This document shows, piece by piece, positions 62,777-64,000 of a DNA stretch of 64,000 nt. Origin of the DNA: Mytilus edulis (Eukaryota). A program made the translations under genes and the position numbers. Position 1 is the first letter of the stretch. Every line of letters starts with the position of its first letter. The notes beneath the pieces are model-generated. The model saw only the letters and a list, made by a program, of their open reading frames with translations. It was not told the DNA's origin and ran no database searches. The stretch is taken from NCBI RefSeq assembly GCF_963676685.1, contig NC_092353.1:26619690-26683689 (forward strand). The letters run 5' to 3'.

Positions 62777-62974
62777 ATTTACAGAAGAATGGTGTGTCTT
62801 TCGTATTCTGTGATACTACTGATATACCTCCTTGGATTGAAGACAATGTTATTACAAGTTCTACATTGTACTGTAATGTATCTAGTCTGTTTACTCCAGT
62901 CTAAGTGTTTGGTGTGGATACTGTCCATCGCTCTCATCTCAACTTTAAATATACCAGCGTGTGTTACATTGATG
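62777..62974 (+). CDS. HHAT: HHAT-like exon 4
   Basis: IYRRMVCLSYSVILLIYLLGLKTMLLQVLHCTVMYLVCLLQSKCLVWILSIALISTLNIPACVTLM resembles human ...WACWCVLGTPGVAMVLLHTTISFCVAQFRSQLLTWLCSLLLLSTLRLQ. Acceptor 'ttgacag|', donor 'atg|gtaagt'. Confidence 0.65.
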
Positions 62975-63422
62975 GTAAGTTAGGGGAGGGGACGAAAAAA
63001 CAATTGCAATTTCTTTGTTATATACTAGTATTAAACAATAATAAAGAGTGTGAAATAAAACGGCACAGAAAACATGATACACCGACTAACGAAAGTTGTA
63101 ACAGGTATTAGATTGTTAAATGTTTGGTAAGATGTAAACCATTGAATAAAAAAAATATTAATGACACCAATTTCATATTTATAAGAATAAAAAGACTTGT
63201 TTTGTTAGATGTTTTAAGAATGCTGCTGGTTATAAATTCAATAACAAACCAATTTATAAGATTTAGTAGCAGATGCAAATTTATATTGCACATTGCAAAA
63301 GTTGTTGCAAGTAACATTCTTTAAACAAATAATACTTTATTTCTTCCATAGTGAGCATGCAAAATTTACCCGTTGACTTTGAAAACAAACTCCAGTCAAT
63401 AAATTATTGTCATATTTTGTAG

Positions 63423-63752
63423 AATTCATTGACCCCTGAGGACTCAACAAGGAACTCATACTACGCCTTAATGGCTACGTTATCGCTTACACATCTACGT
63501 TATACAAGTTTTTGTCTGGAACGAGTGGAATATGCTGCCTCAATTAAACAATATATATTTTGCAAAGCTCCTCTACAACAAAGCGCTAAAACAAAACAAA
63601 GCGAAAGTGCCTGTCCTACAAGAAAACCTGACGAAGAAATAAAACAAAAAGAGGAGATTCACTTTTCTTTGTTGGATGCATTTAGTTATTGCTTTTACTA
63701 TCCTTTGTTTTTCACTGGACCAATTATTACCTTTGATGATTTTTCAAAACAG
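63423..63752 (+). CDS. HHAT: HHAT-like exon 5; the gene continues beyond the window
   Basis: ...NSYYALMATLSLTHLRYTSFCLERVEYAAS...EIHFSLLDAFSYCFYYPLFFTGPIITFDDFSKQ resembles human ...NEYYLLQFTLTVRCLYYTSFSLELCWQQ...SFPWMLAYVFYYPVLHNGPILSFSEFIKQ. Donor 'cag|gtatgt'. Confidence 0.7.
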
Positions 63753-64000
63753 GTATGTTTTATTTGTAATATAATATGTCGTTAAGTTTGCATATTTATT
63801 AATATGAAAAAGAGTTAATCACAAATGCCACGTTGCAACTCTATTTGAAATAATGAAGATGTGGTAGGACTACCAAACGAGAGACAACCTATCCAGAAAA
63901 CCCAAAGGACAAAAATCTTAACAACTACAGGTTACTGTAGGGCCTTCAACAATGAACAAACCGTTATGGGAGTTATAAAGAGGCTGAGCCTAAGATAACA

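Overview
This window is eukaryotic nuclear DNA. It is AT-rich, has GT-AG introns and is densely packed with interspersed and tandem repeats. The repeat families look bivalve-mollusc-like (Mytilus-type), but that is recollection, not a search result. The prokaryote-style six-frame ORF track is mostly uninformative here.

Reading both strands by eye I can support four host genes and several mobile elements:

- **CDC5L-like gene, + strand.** The last three exons end at a TAA at 8817.
- **DIRS-like tyrosine-recombinase retrotransposon, - strand, about 5.4 kb (about 11161-16603).**
  - It has three apparently intact overlapping ORFs: gag-like, RT/RNase H pol, and a C-terminal YR integrase.
  - It is flanked by about 113-bp inverted terminal repeats plus a complex hairpin/ICR-like structure at the 3' end.
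  - It sits between CDC5L and MVP, and its 5' end lies 57 bp upstream of the putative MVP start codon.
- **Major vault protein (MVP) gene, + strand.**
  - I reconstruct 26 exons from 16660 to 44935, giving a protein of about 854 aa.
  - Every intron is colonised by SINE/MITE-like repeats and minisatellites.
  - Two introns carry minisatellites made by tandem amplification of the upstream exon's 3' end together with its 5' splice site.
- **Compact secreted C-type lectin gene, - strand, 52146-54114.** Four exons: signal peptide, coiled-coil neck and CTLD.
- **HHAT-like hedgehog acyltransferase (MBOAT) gene, + strand, 5' part only.** Five exons from 58864 to 63752, continuing past the window.
- **Other mobile-element material.**
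  - A roughly 1.5-kb element with about 250-bp terminal inverted repeats enclosing a 152-aa ORF.
  - Degraded non-LTR RT fragments.
  - Two small MITEs.
  - An approximately 480-bp tandem array.
  - A segmental duplication.
  - A 35-bp minisatellite whose units are C/EBP-like palindromes.

No prokaryotic systems (CRISPR, operons) are present.
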